Virus record (IMG/VR): IMGVR_UViG_3300025132_000054
Location: 1 to 51,192 of that record
Source of the DNA: a virus
Taxonomy: Duplodnaviria; Caudoviricetes
DNA length: 51,192 nt
Strand: one strand, 5' to 3'
Of the stretch, positions 28,301 to 35,802 are shown piece after piece; positions within the stretch are counted from its first letter, which is position 1, and each line of letters starts with the position of its first letter. The notes under the pieces were generated by a model. The model did not search any database and was not told the DNA's origin. It saw only the letters and a list, made by a program, of their open reading frames with translations. The translations under genes were made by a program, and so were the position numbers.

Positions 28301-28428
28301 CGTTGCGCTTTCCCCTCTGGGCTGGAAGCAAACCTAGCAGCCTCCTCTTCAGCCTCCTCTTCAGCCGGAGAAGGGGCAAAGCCAAGGTTTGCGGCAAGCC
28401 GCTGAAAAGAAAAATCACCTGTGGCCAT
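25387..28428 (-). CDS. polyvalent protein: ParB-like + GNAT + ParB-like + ADP-ribosyltransferase-like (ART-PolyVal type)
   Basis: 'PLIVVVD..YILEGATRADAL'; 'VDESARGKGIGSRLL'; 'GHEGRHRMEAL'; 'FKKFFGDSKVVDEAGEPLVLYHGT...IYFS...GHDGII...FEPNQVKS..GN.G'. Confidence 0.75.
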   Translation of the reverse strand: MATGDFSFQRLAANLGFAPSPAEEEAEEEAARFASSPEGKAQREYEESLAIEGVPGYRSEVELPGGVLVPSPYMTEADKAATIAARKQALLNALGRTGETAGALGKGLILKYGGSPLGPLRAAALDIAGRAVAERPTLPLEAVSYPASVAGGLYDLGAQAVGSDEELTQAQRLGMTALASTAFIPGAKGAKTVKEAAETVGKELIEKAARSGKQSLKSSVDPLSFKPAGDVVDGRKVILADAIPNTDSIAASLNDYREVPGIVEVPLSDFPGLDGKHYSADGTKRIKELAGEIEESNTISPLIVVVDNQGPYILEGATRADALYQLGAKSFPAKVIDARTSPTLTKKGDVATFSVPEGNIVVKEDSEFAGGAHSIINFVVDESARGKGIGSRLLEEVVSTYPTKEISAQASSRASLKALYNKGFRPKGMEDASFEDIAKEFVGDGDSINMRLPPRSGVDDFLKESFPTDQSAYSKTMDVGPVRFDQNEGLDAVPDNRNVGYRGFVAWMTPKEFLRLNPPRGQDAYDEKAIEYLKNHIKEGKSFGSPFVEVKEHPSGLRVYGHEGRHRMEALDELYPDLPVPVHVFGKGPINRSRHFSDSLAEDLTTRGNNFDLLPDKRAASQEPLAPLGVWHRPGGEVDGRDAFISRRVDTPPDVTAKLIDQRPDIPTDTPEFKKFFGDSKVVDEAGEPLVLYHGTPHDFDAFERGSVEGAFGSAIYFSDSPRDVAHNYSRIGGPDIKQRITGAEERYYGRDIASEIEDDRILEAAKSLNARTPDPDLETYILDQDVDAIVDDFEDDIIRHLAEKDVLGEGRFRTIPVYGKMENPAYLDPTGAKGQTSFEVDYKYDADGDIIDESGSGIDLLETLNDKLYDYDVGQSTRQALLGDVQDALADGKITADELYKKITEGGHHIEDYDSGSLTANNEFFRDVMEAMGHDGIIVDADHYFGRRGRGMTHTGGAYHYMFFEPNQVKSSSGNTGAYSPDDPRFAYGAAGLLPAAEAARRAFAAQKDEEQ

Positions 28429-28429
28429 C

Positions 28430-28870
28430 CTAGAGCTCCTCTTCCGGCTCCTCGGTAGCCATCAGGTTCCTCAGTACGTCTTCTCGGATTGAGTTGGGCT
28501 TCGGTCCTGCACCCATTCCGTCCATTCGCATTGGTTCCCGCTCGATCTCTGCGGGCGCAAAATCGTCCATAGGAGGCGCTCCGATGTGCTTACGCCAAGA
28601 CTCTTCGGTCCAAGGGTCATCTAGGAATCGCTCGCCCGATGCTTTACGGCGTTCGTACTCAGCCTCTTTATCGGCCATATATTCGTCGTACCGATCTTTG
28701 ACATCTCCCACTTTTTCGGCGACAAACATCGCATCACCTACAGGATCAGGAAGCATCTGTCCTGCTACCTGTTTGACAAGAGGAGCGTATTTAGCGCGGA
28801 TGCCCTCCGTGGCCTCGGCAATCTCCGCACGCATACGTTTCATCAACTCTATGGTTTCGTTCTCAGCCAT
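28430..28870 (-). CDS. hypothetical protein
   Basis: start revised to MAENETIEL (GGAGG RBS; overlaps the upstream stop). Confidence 0.6.
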   Translation of the reverse strand: MAENETIELMKRMRAEIAEATEGIRAKYAPLVKQVAGQMLPDPVGDAMFVAEKVGDVKDRYDEYMADKEAEYERRKASGERFLDDPWTEESWRKHIGAPPMDDFAPAEIEREPMRMDGMGAGPKPNSIREDVLRNLMATEEPEEEL

Positions 28871-29291
28871 TCTTGGCCTCCACAATAATAGGTGTCTGTT
28901 CTTCGATAACGTCGCTAGAACTAAAGTAATCACCCCGTAGCTTTTTCGTCTCTCGTTTCACCTGCACCAAGGCAGTTACGATGTCAGAGTAAGTGCTGTC
29001 AGGGGCTTCCTCTTTGGTGTTCTTTGCAGCAATAACCGTGAAGTTCATCTCATGCCACGCACGAAGTTCTTTTGCAATGGCGGGGGTGATTCGCCCCTCC
29101 ATGAGTGCAGCCATAATCTTGCAACCAAAGACAACTAAGTCGTCGTAAGTTTCAACTTTATGCTCTGCAATAAACTCTGCGACTTCTTTACGTTTGTCCT
29201 TGGGAACCAGCAAGAGCCACTGCGCGTAATCACTGCCTCCACCTTCGGATGGTCGGCCTCGGCCTTGATTGCTTTTTGTGCGTGGTGGCAT
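28863..29291 (-). CDS. hypothetical protein, possible terminase small subunit
   Basis: 142 aa; AGGAG RBS; 'GRGRP' N-terminus, helical; first gene of the late cluster. Function is inferred from position only. Confidence 0.4.
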   Translation of the reverse strand: MPPRTKSNQGRGRPSEGGGSDYAQWLLLVPKDKRKEVAEFIAEHKVETYDDLVVFGCKIMAALMEGRITPAIAKELRAWHEMNFTVIAAKNTKEEAPDSTYSDIVTALVQVKRETKKLRGDYFSSSDVIEEQTPIIVEAKNG

Positions 29292-29331
29292 TCGAGCTCC
29301 TGTGTGTAACTAAGATGTGGAACTAACCGAG

Positions 29332-31824
29332 TCAAGCCTCCGGTTCAGTCCATCCCATCGACGACGCCATCTTCTTCATAGGCGACTGTGACGCTCGGTC
29401 TATGTGCTTGAGGGTTATTCCCCGCCACACTCGGACAGACTTTCGGTCGCCGTTGAAGTTTATCTTGGTGACGGTAGAGCGGAAGTCCCGCTCTGAAAGC
29501 TGTCGGCTGAACAACGAGTAGCTCTGCGGGCGCTGCTTCATGTCCTCGCACCACTCGACGTAATCGAGGTAGATTTGCTTCTTGGGCACAGACTTTCCTT
29601 TGCCGAGAACGCACCTATCCTCCATGTATTCGGCAAGAACGTCCATCTCCTCACGGTACTCGTTGGTGGCCAGCCTGACCTTGTCGGGAGGTCGCAACCC
29701 GTTTTTCTGCCAGTCAAGACAGCCCTCGACGAGGCGGTTCAGAATGCCTGGGGCTTCTTTCTTCAGCTTGTCGAAGAGGAACGGGTCTTTCTTGTCCGGT
29801 GTGATTTTCACCCGCCACGGAATCCTGATGACGCGCCGCCAGATGCCTTCGTCGTTGCCCTTGATGATGGGGCGATGGTTCGCTGCGATGCACAGCTTGT
29901 GACTGGGCATGAACTGGTAAAAGTCTTTGCGCATCTTTCGGGCTTTGACAGGGTCGCTTCCGGTCAACTGCTTGATCAATGCTTCAGCAAACGGCTTACC
30001 CTTCTCGACCTCCGCGTTAGCTACAAAGCGTGCGCCCTCAAGGTCTGCGATTTCTGTAGGGTGAGCCTCATTGTGCTTCGCCATCAGGAGACCGGGTGCT
30101 CCTTGAATGGCGTACTCACCAAGAACGTGCATCAGCGCGAGCAGCGCGGTCGTCTTTCCGTTGCCGCCAGTGCCCTCCATGAAGAGAAGAACTTGCTCCG
30201 TAACCAAGCCTGTAAGGCAATAACCGAAGAACCTGTGCATGAAGTCTACCAAAGAGGTATCTCCTTGCATAGCGTGCAAAATGAAATCGTCCCACATGGG
30301 ACACTTGGCGTCCGCGTCCCATTCTACCGGACTGATTTTCGTGATAAGGTCGGTTCTATCGTGTCCACTTAGTTTCCCTGTTCGCAGGTCAAGAGTTCCG
30401 TTAGCGACGTTGAACTGCCAAGGGTCTGCATCGAGAGCCGCTGCAGCAATGCATGCCTCGGTCTCGGTTGACGCCACCGACACCATCGCGCTAAGAGACC
30501 TCGCGCTTTCACTGCGAAGGGCGTGCTTCTCTAACAAGCGCCGCCGCTGGCGATCGGACTCGGAGTTGGCCTCCGCAAAAATAAGTCCCGTCGTCAGTTT
30601 CGCACAACGATGGACGGCCCCATCCGTATCAAGTTTCCAACGAGTGTCGTCGAAGAAATACCATGCGTCGTGAGTCGCGCAGTAACGTATACCGATGCCA
30701 AAGGCGTGAATCATACGCTTCGCGTTCCCCAGGTCCGTAAGGTTGTAGTTTCCCGTACCCGATGGAGCGAGGTCTGTTGGCGATCGCATTACAAAATGCT
30801 CGCCCGCAAGGTCTTGCAAGTTCTCCCAACCAAGGCTGCGGCCCTGACCGTCCTTCTCATGGCCCTTGCAGTTCTTGTGCAGGCAACCAGCAGCGATGCC
30901 GCCACCGTTGAACTGCACGACGTAGGCACTGCGGTCGGTATGCGTCTGGTCCCACGGGCAGACATCGAAGACCCAACGATTGCCCTTGCCTGCCCAAGGC
31001 TCTGGACCAGTCAGCTCTGGAAAATGCTTCCGTAACCAGATGCCGAGACGAGCTTGCTCGCCGCTGGAAAGTTTATCCCGCTCATTCTCCTCTGGAGAAT
31101 CAGCCAAAAGTTCATGCAGTTGCTGCTGCTGAACAAACTTTTCCGGCGGATTTTTTGAGATAACGTGCGCGAGCGGCCACGGCCTTTCATCCGAGTCAAC
31201 ACCCTTTCTCGAATATGTACCATATACCTTCCATATCCTAGAGGGGTTGTAGACGGCTTGGTCAACCACCGCGATTGCGTCACGGCTGAAGCGGAACGAG
31301 AGGAAGTCTAGGATGCGTTTGTGAATCTCGGGTGTAAGCCCTTTGCATTTGTACATGAGGTGGTAGCCGTTGCCGGAATCTGCGAAGAGGGGGTCAGGCC
31401 ATCCCTTCGATTCTAGAAACGAGCGCACCCTGCCCACGATTGAAAGGGCTGCTTCCTTCTCTTGCTTGTTGCTAGAGGTGTTCACCGGGCGAGAGGGGTC
31501 GATGTCAATCAGGAGCCAGTTGATCTCCGTGACATCGCGGTCGTTCGCGCTGCTGCCACGTTTCGCGACCCCAATCATGTTCCTCTCGGCTTTTGAGATC
31601 GTCTTACGGAGCGGGTTGGGCGTGAAGTAGACCCCCTTAGCCCCTTGTGTGCAGAGAAATGCTGCTGCCTCGGCCAACGCTTCATGGTCATCGAAGAATC
31701 CATTGTACGTTCGGAAGCCATCCATCGTGTGGACGCCCAATGCACGGAGTTCAACCACCTGGTCAGGGACGAGCACCATCTTTAGACCCGCAAGAATGCG
31801 GTCCTTTGCAGTCATATTCGCCAT
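29332..31824 (-). CDS. primase-helicase (AEP-like primase plus D5/P4-family SF3 helicase)
   Basis: 'LIDID' and 'DSGNGYH' primase motifs; 'LTDLGNAKR' D5_N; Walker A 'GTGGNGKTT'; 'IKQLTGSD', 'GIWRR'. Confidence 0.9.
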   Translation of the reverse strand: MANMTAKDRILAGLKMVLVPDQVVELRALGVHTMDGFRTYNGFFDDHEALAEAAAFLCTQGAKGVYFTPNPLRKTISKAERNMIGVAKRGSSANDRDVTEINWLLIDIDPSRPVNTSSNKQEKEAALSIVGRVRSFLESKGWPDPLFADSGNGYHLMYKCKGLTPEIHKRILDFLSFRFSRDAIAVVDQAVYNPSRIWKVYGTYSRKGVDSDERPWPLAHVISKNPPEKFVQQQQLHELLADSPEENERDKLSSGEQARLGIWLRKHFPELTGPEPWAGKGNRWVFDVCPWDQTHTDRSAYVVQFNGGGIAAGCLHKNCKGHEKDGQGRSLGWENLQDLAGEHFVMRSPTDLAPSGTGNYNLTDLGNAKRMIHAFGIGIRYCATHDAWYFFDDTRWKLDTDGAVHRCAKLTTGLIFAEANSESDRQRRRLLEKHALRSESARSLSAMVSVASTETEACIAAAALDADPWQFNVANGTLDLRTGKLSGHDRTDLITKISPVEWDADAKCPMWDDFILHAMQGDTSLVDFMHRFFGYCLTGLVTEQVLLFMEGTGGNGKTTALLALMHVLGEYAIQGAPGLLMAKHNEAHPTEIADLEGARFVANAEVEKGKPFAEALIKQLTGSDPVKARKMRKDFYQFMPSHKLCIAANHRPIIKGNDEGIWRRVIRIPWRVKITPDKKDPFLFDKLKKEAPGILNRLVEGCLDWQKNGLRPPDKVRLATNEYREEMDVLAEYMEDRCVLGKGKSVPKKQIYLDYVEWCEDMKQRPQSYSLFSRQLSERDFRSTVTKINFNGDRKSVRVWRGITLKHIDRASQSPMKKMASSMGWTEPEA

Positions 31825-31833
31825 GTCAGCTCC

Positions 31834-32064
31834 CTAGAACAGCGGTTCACGCACTGGTGTCGAATCAATGGTCTCACCCAACCGACCAGAATCCAACATC
31901 TCCTTCAGAGCTAACTCCGGGATGCGAACTTGGCGACCCACACGAAACGCTTTCAGTTCGCCGCGCTGAATCAGACGCTGAACCGTCCTGGCACTCACCT
32001 GTAGACGCTCGGAAACCTCCGCAGGCGTCAAAAATCTGCTCTCGAGAGCTGACTCTAACTTCAT
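31834..32064 (-). CDS. excisionase-like HTH DNA-binding protein
   Basis: 'FLTPAEVSERLQVSARTVQRLIQRGELKAFRVGRQVRI'; AGGAGG RBS supports a start at 32064. Confidence 0.85.
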   Translation of the reverse strand: MKLESALESRFLTPAEVSERLQVSARTVQRLIQRGELKAFRVGRQVRIPELALKEMLDSGRLGETIDSTPVREPLF

Positions 32065-32135
32065 CACTGTCCTCCTGTTTGTGACATACGGGTATCCTAC
32101 CTTACAGAAGGTGGCAAGGGCTGACATAAAAGACA

Positions 32136-32423
32136 GTCTACGCTCTGGCGACGTGTCTACACTTTGACGTAGACGCCCGTATCTGCGGGGGAACCTAGAC
32201 AATCTCTGGGTGACTACGGTGTCTACACTTTTCTCCTTATTGTGAGCCTTACACGTTTTTGAAAATGCCATGATATATTGAGGTGAGGTGTATGTGTCTG
32301 GAATAGGTAGCGTAGACAGCGTAGACAACTGTAGAAAACAAACCGTATTCACGGAACAACCCTAAATATCGTGTCTACACTTTGCAGCTCACGGGCGTAG
32401 ACAAGCGTAGCCAGGCGTAGACA
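32136..32423. repeat. iteron-like GTCTAC/GTAGAC repeats (putative replication origin)
   Basis: GTGTCTACACTTT at 32153, 32219 and 32371; CGTAGACA at 32311, 32320, 32396 and 32416; further variants; adjacent to the primase-helicase. Confidence 0.65.
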
Positions 32424-32548
32424 GGTCAGAAAATAGTAAAAAATGATGTCGTGTTGAGTCAGTAACCCAGTAATAGAAAAAAAATCCAAAAAAGGGGGGA
32501 TGCACCATAGCGCGGCAGGCTTCAGCGGAAGCAGGCGCGGGGCGTGTC

Positions 32549-32649
32549 GAAAAACTTTCAGCGGACCGCAAAATATTTTTCATGCCCGAAAAAAAACTTT
32601 CATCACGCAGGTAGAAAAACTTTCAGCGGGACGACGAAAAACTTTCAGC
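32549..32649 (+). repeat. phased AAAAACTTTCA(GC) repeats
   Basis: copies at 32549, ~32591, 32614 and 32636, plus a degenerate copy at 32570; ~21-22 bp spacing. Confidence 0.8.
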
Positions 32650-33068
32650 ACATCAGCGGGCGAGACGCGCCGGACCTGTGACCCCAAGATGTCGAGAGGG
32701 TAGCGACGGCACCGGCTGCAGCGATTCGGGCAACATAGGGGGGACGCCCTCACATGTAGAGAGGCAACGACGCCCCCTTATGCGGTGGTCTCGGTCTCGT
32801 TGCGTCGATTCGGGTCCGATTCATTGCCCATAGGTACGGTTCCGCACGATTGGAAATCCCCCCACATGTCACGGTCACAAGCTCCACAAAAATGCGTACG
32901 ACGTACCTGGTACGTCTAATATTTTTTTCAGCCGAAAACGAAGGTTTAACCACAGCTTTGGCTCCTGGAGCATCAACCGTTGCCCCTTTATATGGTGGCG
33001 CGTTTGGCGTTCAGTCCGTTATCTGTCTCGCGTGGGACACATCAACCAACCCACGGAGGACACATCAC

Positions 33069-33566
33069 ATGCTTGAATCAACCGTAACCGCCGCCGCTTT
33101 CATCGCCGCCGCTAACAAGATTTCCCACGACCTTGCGGCCCTGCACGGGTGCCCCGACTTCAAGGCCATCAAGCGATACATGCGTCAGTATGCGTCACGG
33201 GATTTCGCCACGGGTCACAGCGGCACGATGGCGTTCGAGGTGTTGAGCGCGTTTCACTCCATGTCATTGGAGGACAAAAAGACCGCATCGATTGAAGCCC
33301 TTACGGTGTACCGTGACGCAGCCAAGCAGGCGGCGGAAGACCTCGACGCTTACCAAGTGAAGGCGGCGGAGTTGTTGGTTCGTGCTCTGAATACCCCCGA
33401 GCACCGCAGCCCGAGTATGATTGACCGCTTGTGTCACGAAGTGCAGCATCACGAAGCACTGCGCCCCCGTTTCGCTGAGGTGGTTCTTCAGTTTGATGAA
33501 CTCCTATTCGCGATGAACAGTCCCGAGGAGGTGGCCAAGATGTACGCGGAACAGGCCGAAGGCTAG
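33069..33566 (+). CDS. early hypothetical protein
   Basis: start revised to MLESTV after the GGAGG RBS; 165 aa. Confidence 0.7.
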   Translation: MLESTVTAAAFIAAANKISHDLAALHGCPDFKAIKRYMRQYASRDFATGHSGTMAFEVLSAFHSMSLEDKKTASIEALTVYRDAAKQAAEDLDAYQVKAAELLVRALNTPEHRSPSMIDRLCHEVQHHEALRPRFAEVVLQFDELLFAMNSPEEVAKMYAEQAEG

Positions 33567-33578
33567 CGCGGCCCCTTC

Positions 33579-33637
33579 ATGGGGTCGGGTGCTATTGCGG
33601 CACCCCTGACGATGGCCATCGCAGGCCGAAACCCCGT
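33579..33637 (+). ncRNA. hammerhead ribozyme, type III (extra U after CUGACGA)
   Basis: AUGGGGU-C^ GGGUGC[UAUUGCG]GCACCC CUGACGA U GGCC[AUCGCA]GGCC GAAA CCCCGU; predicted cut after GUC at 33586. Confidence 0.85.
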
Positions 33638-33665
33638 TAGCACATCAACCGAGAGGACACACCAC

Positions 33666-34661
33666 ATGCACACATCAACGCACACCCTTCTAGACCTTGC
33701 CGCCGACATCAAGACCGACGCCCTTGAATCGATCGAGGCGTTGACGCGCCGCCCTATCTCTTGCCCCGCCATCGCTGGGAGCATTGACTTTCTTCGGGGA
33801 TGGCTGGAAGCTGACAGCGCCACCCGCGCCGCCGCTACGCTGGGCGAGGTTCAAGACCTAGTCAACGCGGCGTCATGGTTCGCGGATTCCGAAGCGTGCG
33901 CGATTGGGGAATACGTCAAGTGGAGAGGCGTTGACAACCGCCACCAGTTGCAGGGGATGATGGAAGAACTGGAAGCGATGAGAGGAGCCGTCAAGATGTG
34001 GGACCGGTTGGAGACGCACGCGGCTAGCGTGCTAGAGGAACGTGCAGACGAACCCCCGACCGCTCCCCTATCGACTCCGCCCACCGTGCCAGAGGTCGCC
34101 GCCGCTTTTTGGTCTGATGTTCAGTTCGTTAGCACTCACGACGCCCTGACACGGGTGGACACCTTGAACGAGGCCGAAGAGAACCCGTGCATCGATCATC
34201 TCGCCGACCTTATCGATGCGAATGAGTACATGTTGGACGCCTTGAGCCGTAGCTATCTAGACCGTGGAATCGTACTAGAGTGGGACGCCGAGAACCAAGA
34301 ACAAGCCGACTTGTGGAACGCCGCGTGGACCCTAGCCAAGAACACCGGCTACGCCAAGGACATCGGAGAACTCCACGACATGTGCAGCGCGCTCGGCCTG
34401 TGTCCTGACTATGAGGTAGCATACGACGCCAAGATGCGCGGTGACGCGCTGTTCTTCTTCGCTCTTCTGCACGGTGCGTCTACCTCTTACACCGTCCGCA
34501 ACATCGCCCAAACGTGGAGCGATGCCGAAGACCTTGGGTGGTCGAACCCTCTCGGAGATGTCACCGACGATACAGACCCTGCAGCGATTGACGCAGCCGA
34601 GCGCAGCGCGCTGGACTTCATCGCCGCCACGGGTCGCCGCCTTGTAATCGACGGAGAGTAA
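33666..34661 (+). CDS. early hypothetical protein (acidic)
   Basis: start revised to MHTSTH after the GAGG RBS, since the longer N-terminus would overlap the ribozyme; 331 aa. Confidence 0.7.
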   Translation: MHTSTHTLLDLAADIKTDALESIEALTRRPISCPAIAGSIDFLRGWLEADSATRAAATLGEVQDLVNAASWFADSEACAIGEYVKWRGVDNRHQLQGMMEELEAMRGAVKMWDRLETHAASVLEERADEPPTAPLSTPPTVPEVAAAFWSDVQFVSTHDALTRVDTLNEAEENPCIDHLADLIDANEYMLDALSRSYLDRGIVLEWDAENQEQADLWNAAWTLAKNTGYAKDIGELHDMCSALGLCPDYEVAYDAKMRGDALFFFALLHGASTSYTVRNIAQTWSDAEDLGWSNPLGDVTDDTDPAAIDAAERSALDFIAATGRRLVIDGE

Positions 34662-34745
34662 CCGCGAAGGGGGGCGCTTCCCCCCGCACCGCATCACGCG
34701 GCGTCACTCCCTGCAAGGATGGGGGTCAAGGTCCACGGACGGACA
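34662..34745 (+). ncRNA. unassigned structured intergenic RNA (multi-hairpin)
   Basis: GGGGGG/CCCCCC, CCGC/GCGG, CUCCC/GGGGG and GUCC/GGAC stems; occupies the same slot as the hammerheads. Confidence 0.35.
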
Positions 34746-34767
34746 TCAACCAGAAGGAGCAAGAGCA

Positions 34768-35151
34768 ATGACAACAGCAACAACAACAACAGCAACAGAG
34801 CGAGCCGAAGCACTTGAGACCCTGCGAGGGATGTTCAAGGGAAAGCGCACTCGCAGCGCACTTACGGTCTACTGCATTCTGCGGCACGTTAACCGCATGG
34901 GTACGTCTCGGGTTATCGATCTGCTTGTGATTCGTGACGGGGTTCCTTTCCGCATCTCTTGGAACGTCTGCAAAGCACTAGGCTACACTTACGACAGGAC
35001 GCACAGCGGGGTGCGTATCAGGGGCGGCGGAATGGACATGGGTTTGGCTATCGTTTACAACCTGTCACGGGCAATGTTCCAAGGTTCCCACCTGCGTCAA
35101 TCGTTCCACCGCAAAGATAAGGGCTACGTCCTCCGGTGTGAATGGCTCTAG
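34768..35151 (+). CDS. conserved-type phage early hypothetical protein
   Basis: AAGGAG RBS; 'TVYCILRHV...GGGMDMG..IVYNL' motif recalled from phage hypothetical proteins. Confidence 0.75.
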   Translation: MTTATTTTATERAEALETLRGMFKGKRTRSALTVYCILRHVNRMGTSRVIDLLVIRDGVPFRISWNVCKALGYTYDRTHSGVRIRGGGMDMGLAIVYNLSRAMFQGSHLRQSFHRKDKGYVLRCEWL

Positions 35152-35216
35152 GCTGGTACACTGAAGAGGCCACAGCAGGCCGAAACGGGGGCGCGTGCCC
35201 CCGTCTGTACCTAACC
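35151..35216 (+). ncRNA. hammerhead ribozyme, type I
   Basis: GGUACA CUGAAGA GGCC[ACAGCA]GGCC GAAA CGGGGGC[GCGU]GCCCCCG UC^ UGUACC; predicted cut after 35205. Confidence 0.95.
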
Positions 35217-35230
35217 AAAGGAGACGCCCC

Positions 35231-35728
35231 ATGTCCGAAGCACTTTACCCCCACGATACACGGTGGAAAGCATTCAACCCGAGGACCAACACGGTAATCG
35301 TTGGGCGTGTTCGCGACGTTACCGACTTCACCGTTCACCTGCACACCGGCAAAGATGTACAGGTACACGAGGACATGGACCGCGACGTGCTGTTATCGCT
35401 CAAGCGCTGGCACCTCGCACCGCACCTGTCCACCGCCCGCCCTGTCTATGCGCCGCCCGCCGCTATCGAATGGCTCACCCCCGAAGAGGTGGTCGCGTCC
35501 TGTTACACAGGTGCCACCGGTTGCCCCAAAGGCGAGGCGCTAGACGCTGACCTTGAAGACCTCCAAGCCCGTATCGATGCGGGCGACCTTTGCACGCTGA
35601 CCGGCTCCGGCTCGTGCCCTATGTCCGGTGGGTCGGTGGTCCTTATGCGTGATGTCTGGTTGCGCCTCTCGGACACATCGCGTGCGATGCTGCTGCGCTT
35701 CGACGCTGGATACCTTGACGGCGTCTAG
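35231..35728 (+). CDS. early hypothetical protein
   Basis: start revised to MSEALY after the AAGGAG RBS; 165 aa. Confidence 0.7.
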   Translation: MSEALYPHDTRWKAFNPRTNTVIVGRVRDVTDFTVHLHTGKDVQVHEDMDRDVLLSLKRWHLAPHLSTARPVYAPPAAIEWLTPEEVVASCYTGATGCPKGEALDADLEDLQARIDAGDLCTLTGSGSCPMSGGSVVLMRDVWLRLSDTSRAMLLRFDAGYLDGV

Positions 35729-35790
35729 CCTGATGCACTGACGAGACCGGAAGGTCGAAACGGGGGACGCTCCCCCGTCTGCATCTAAGC
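35728..35790 (+). ncRNA. hammerhead ribozyme, type I
   Basis: GAUGCA CUGACGA GACC[GGAA]GGUC GAAA CGGGGGA[CGC]UCCCCCG UC^ UGCAUC; predicted cut after 35779. Confidence 0.95.
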
Positions 35791-35802
35791 ACTGGAGGAC
35801 AC

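Noticed and set aside
29575-30372. 265-aa ORF antisense to the primase-helicase (also 18720-19478 against the portal and 3172-3792)
   Set aside because: Antisense shadows of well-supported genes
31834-32064. Excisionase-like gene as evidence of a prophage or temperate lifestyle
   Set aside because: No integrase, repressor, att site or host genes are visible; this HTH family is common as a stand-alone regulator
32065-32352. N-terminal extension of the HTH ORF
   Set aside because: Runs through the iteron region; a strong AGGAGG RBS supports the start at 32064
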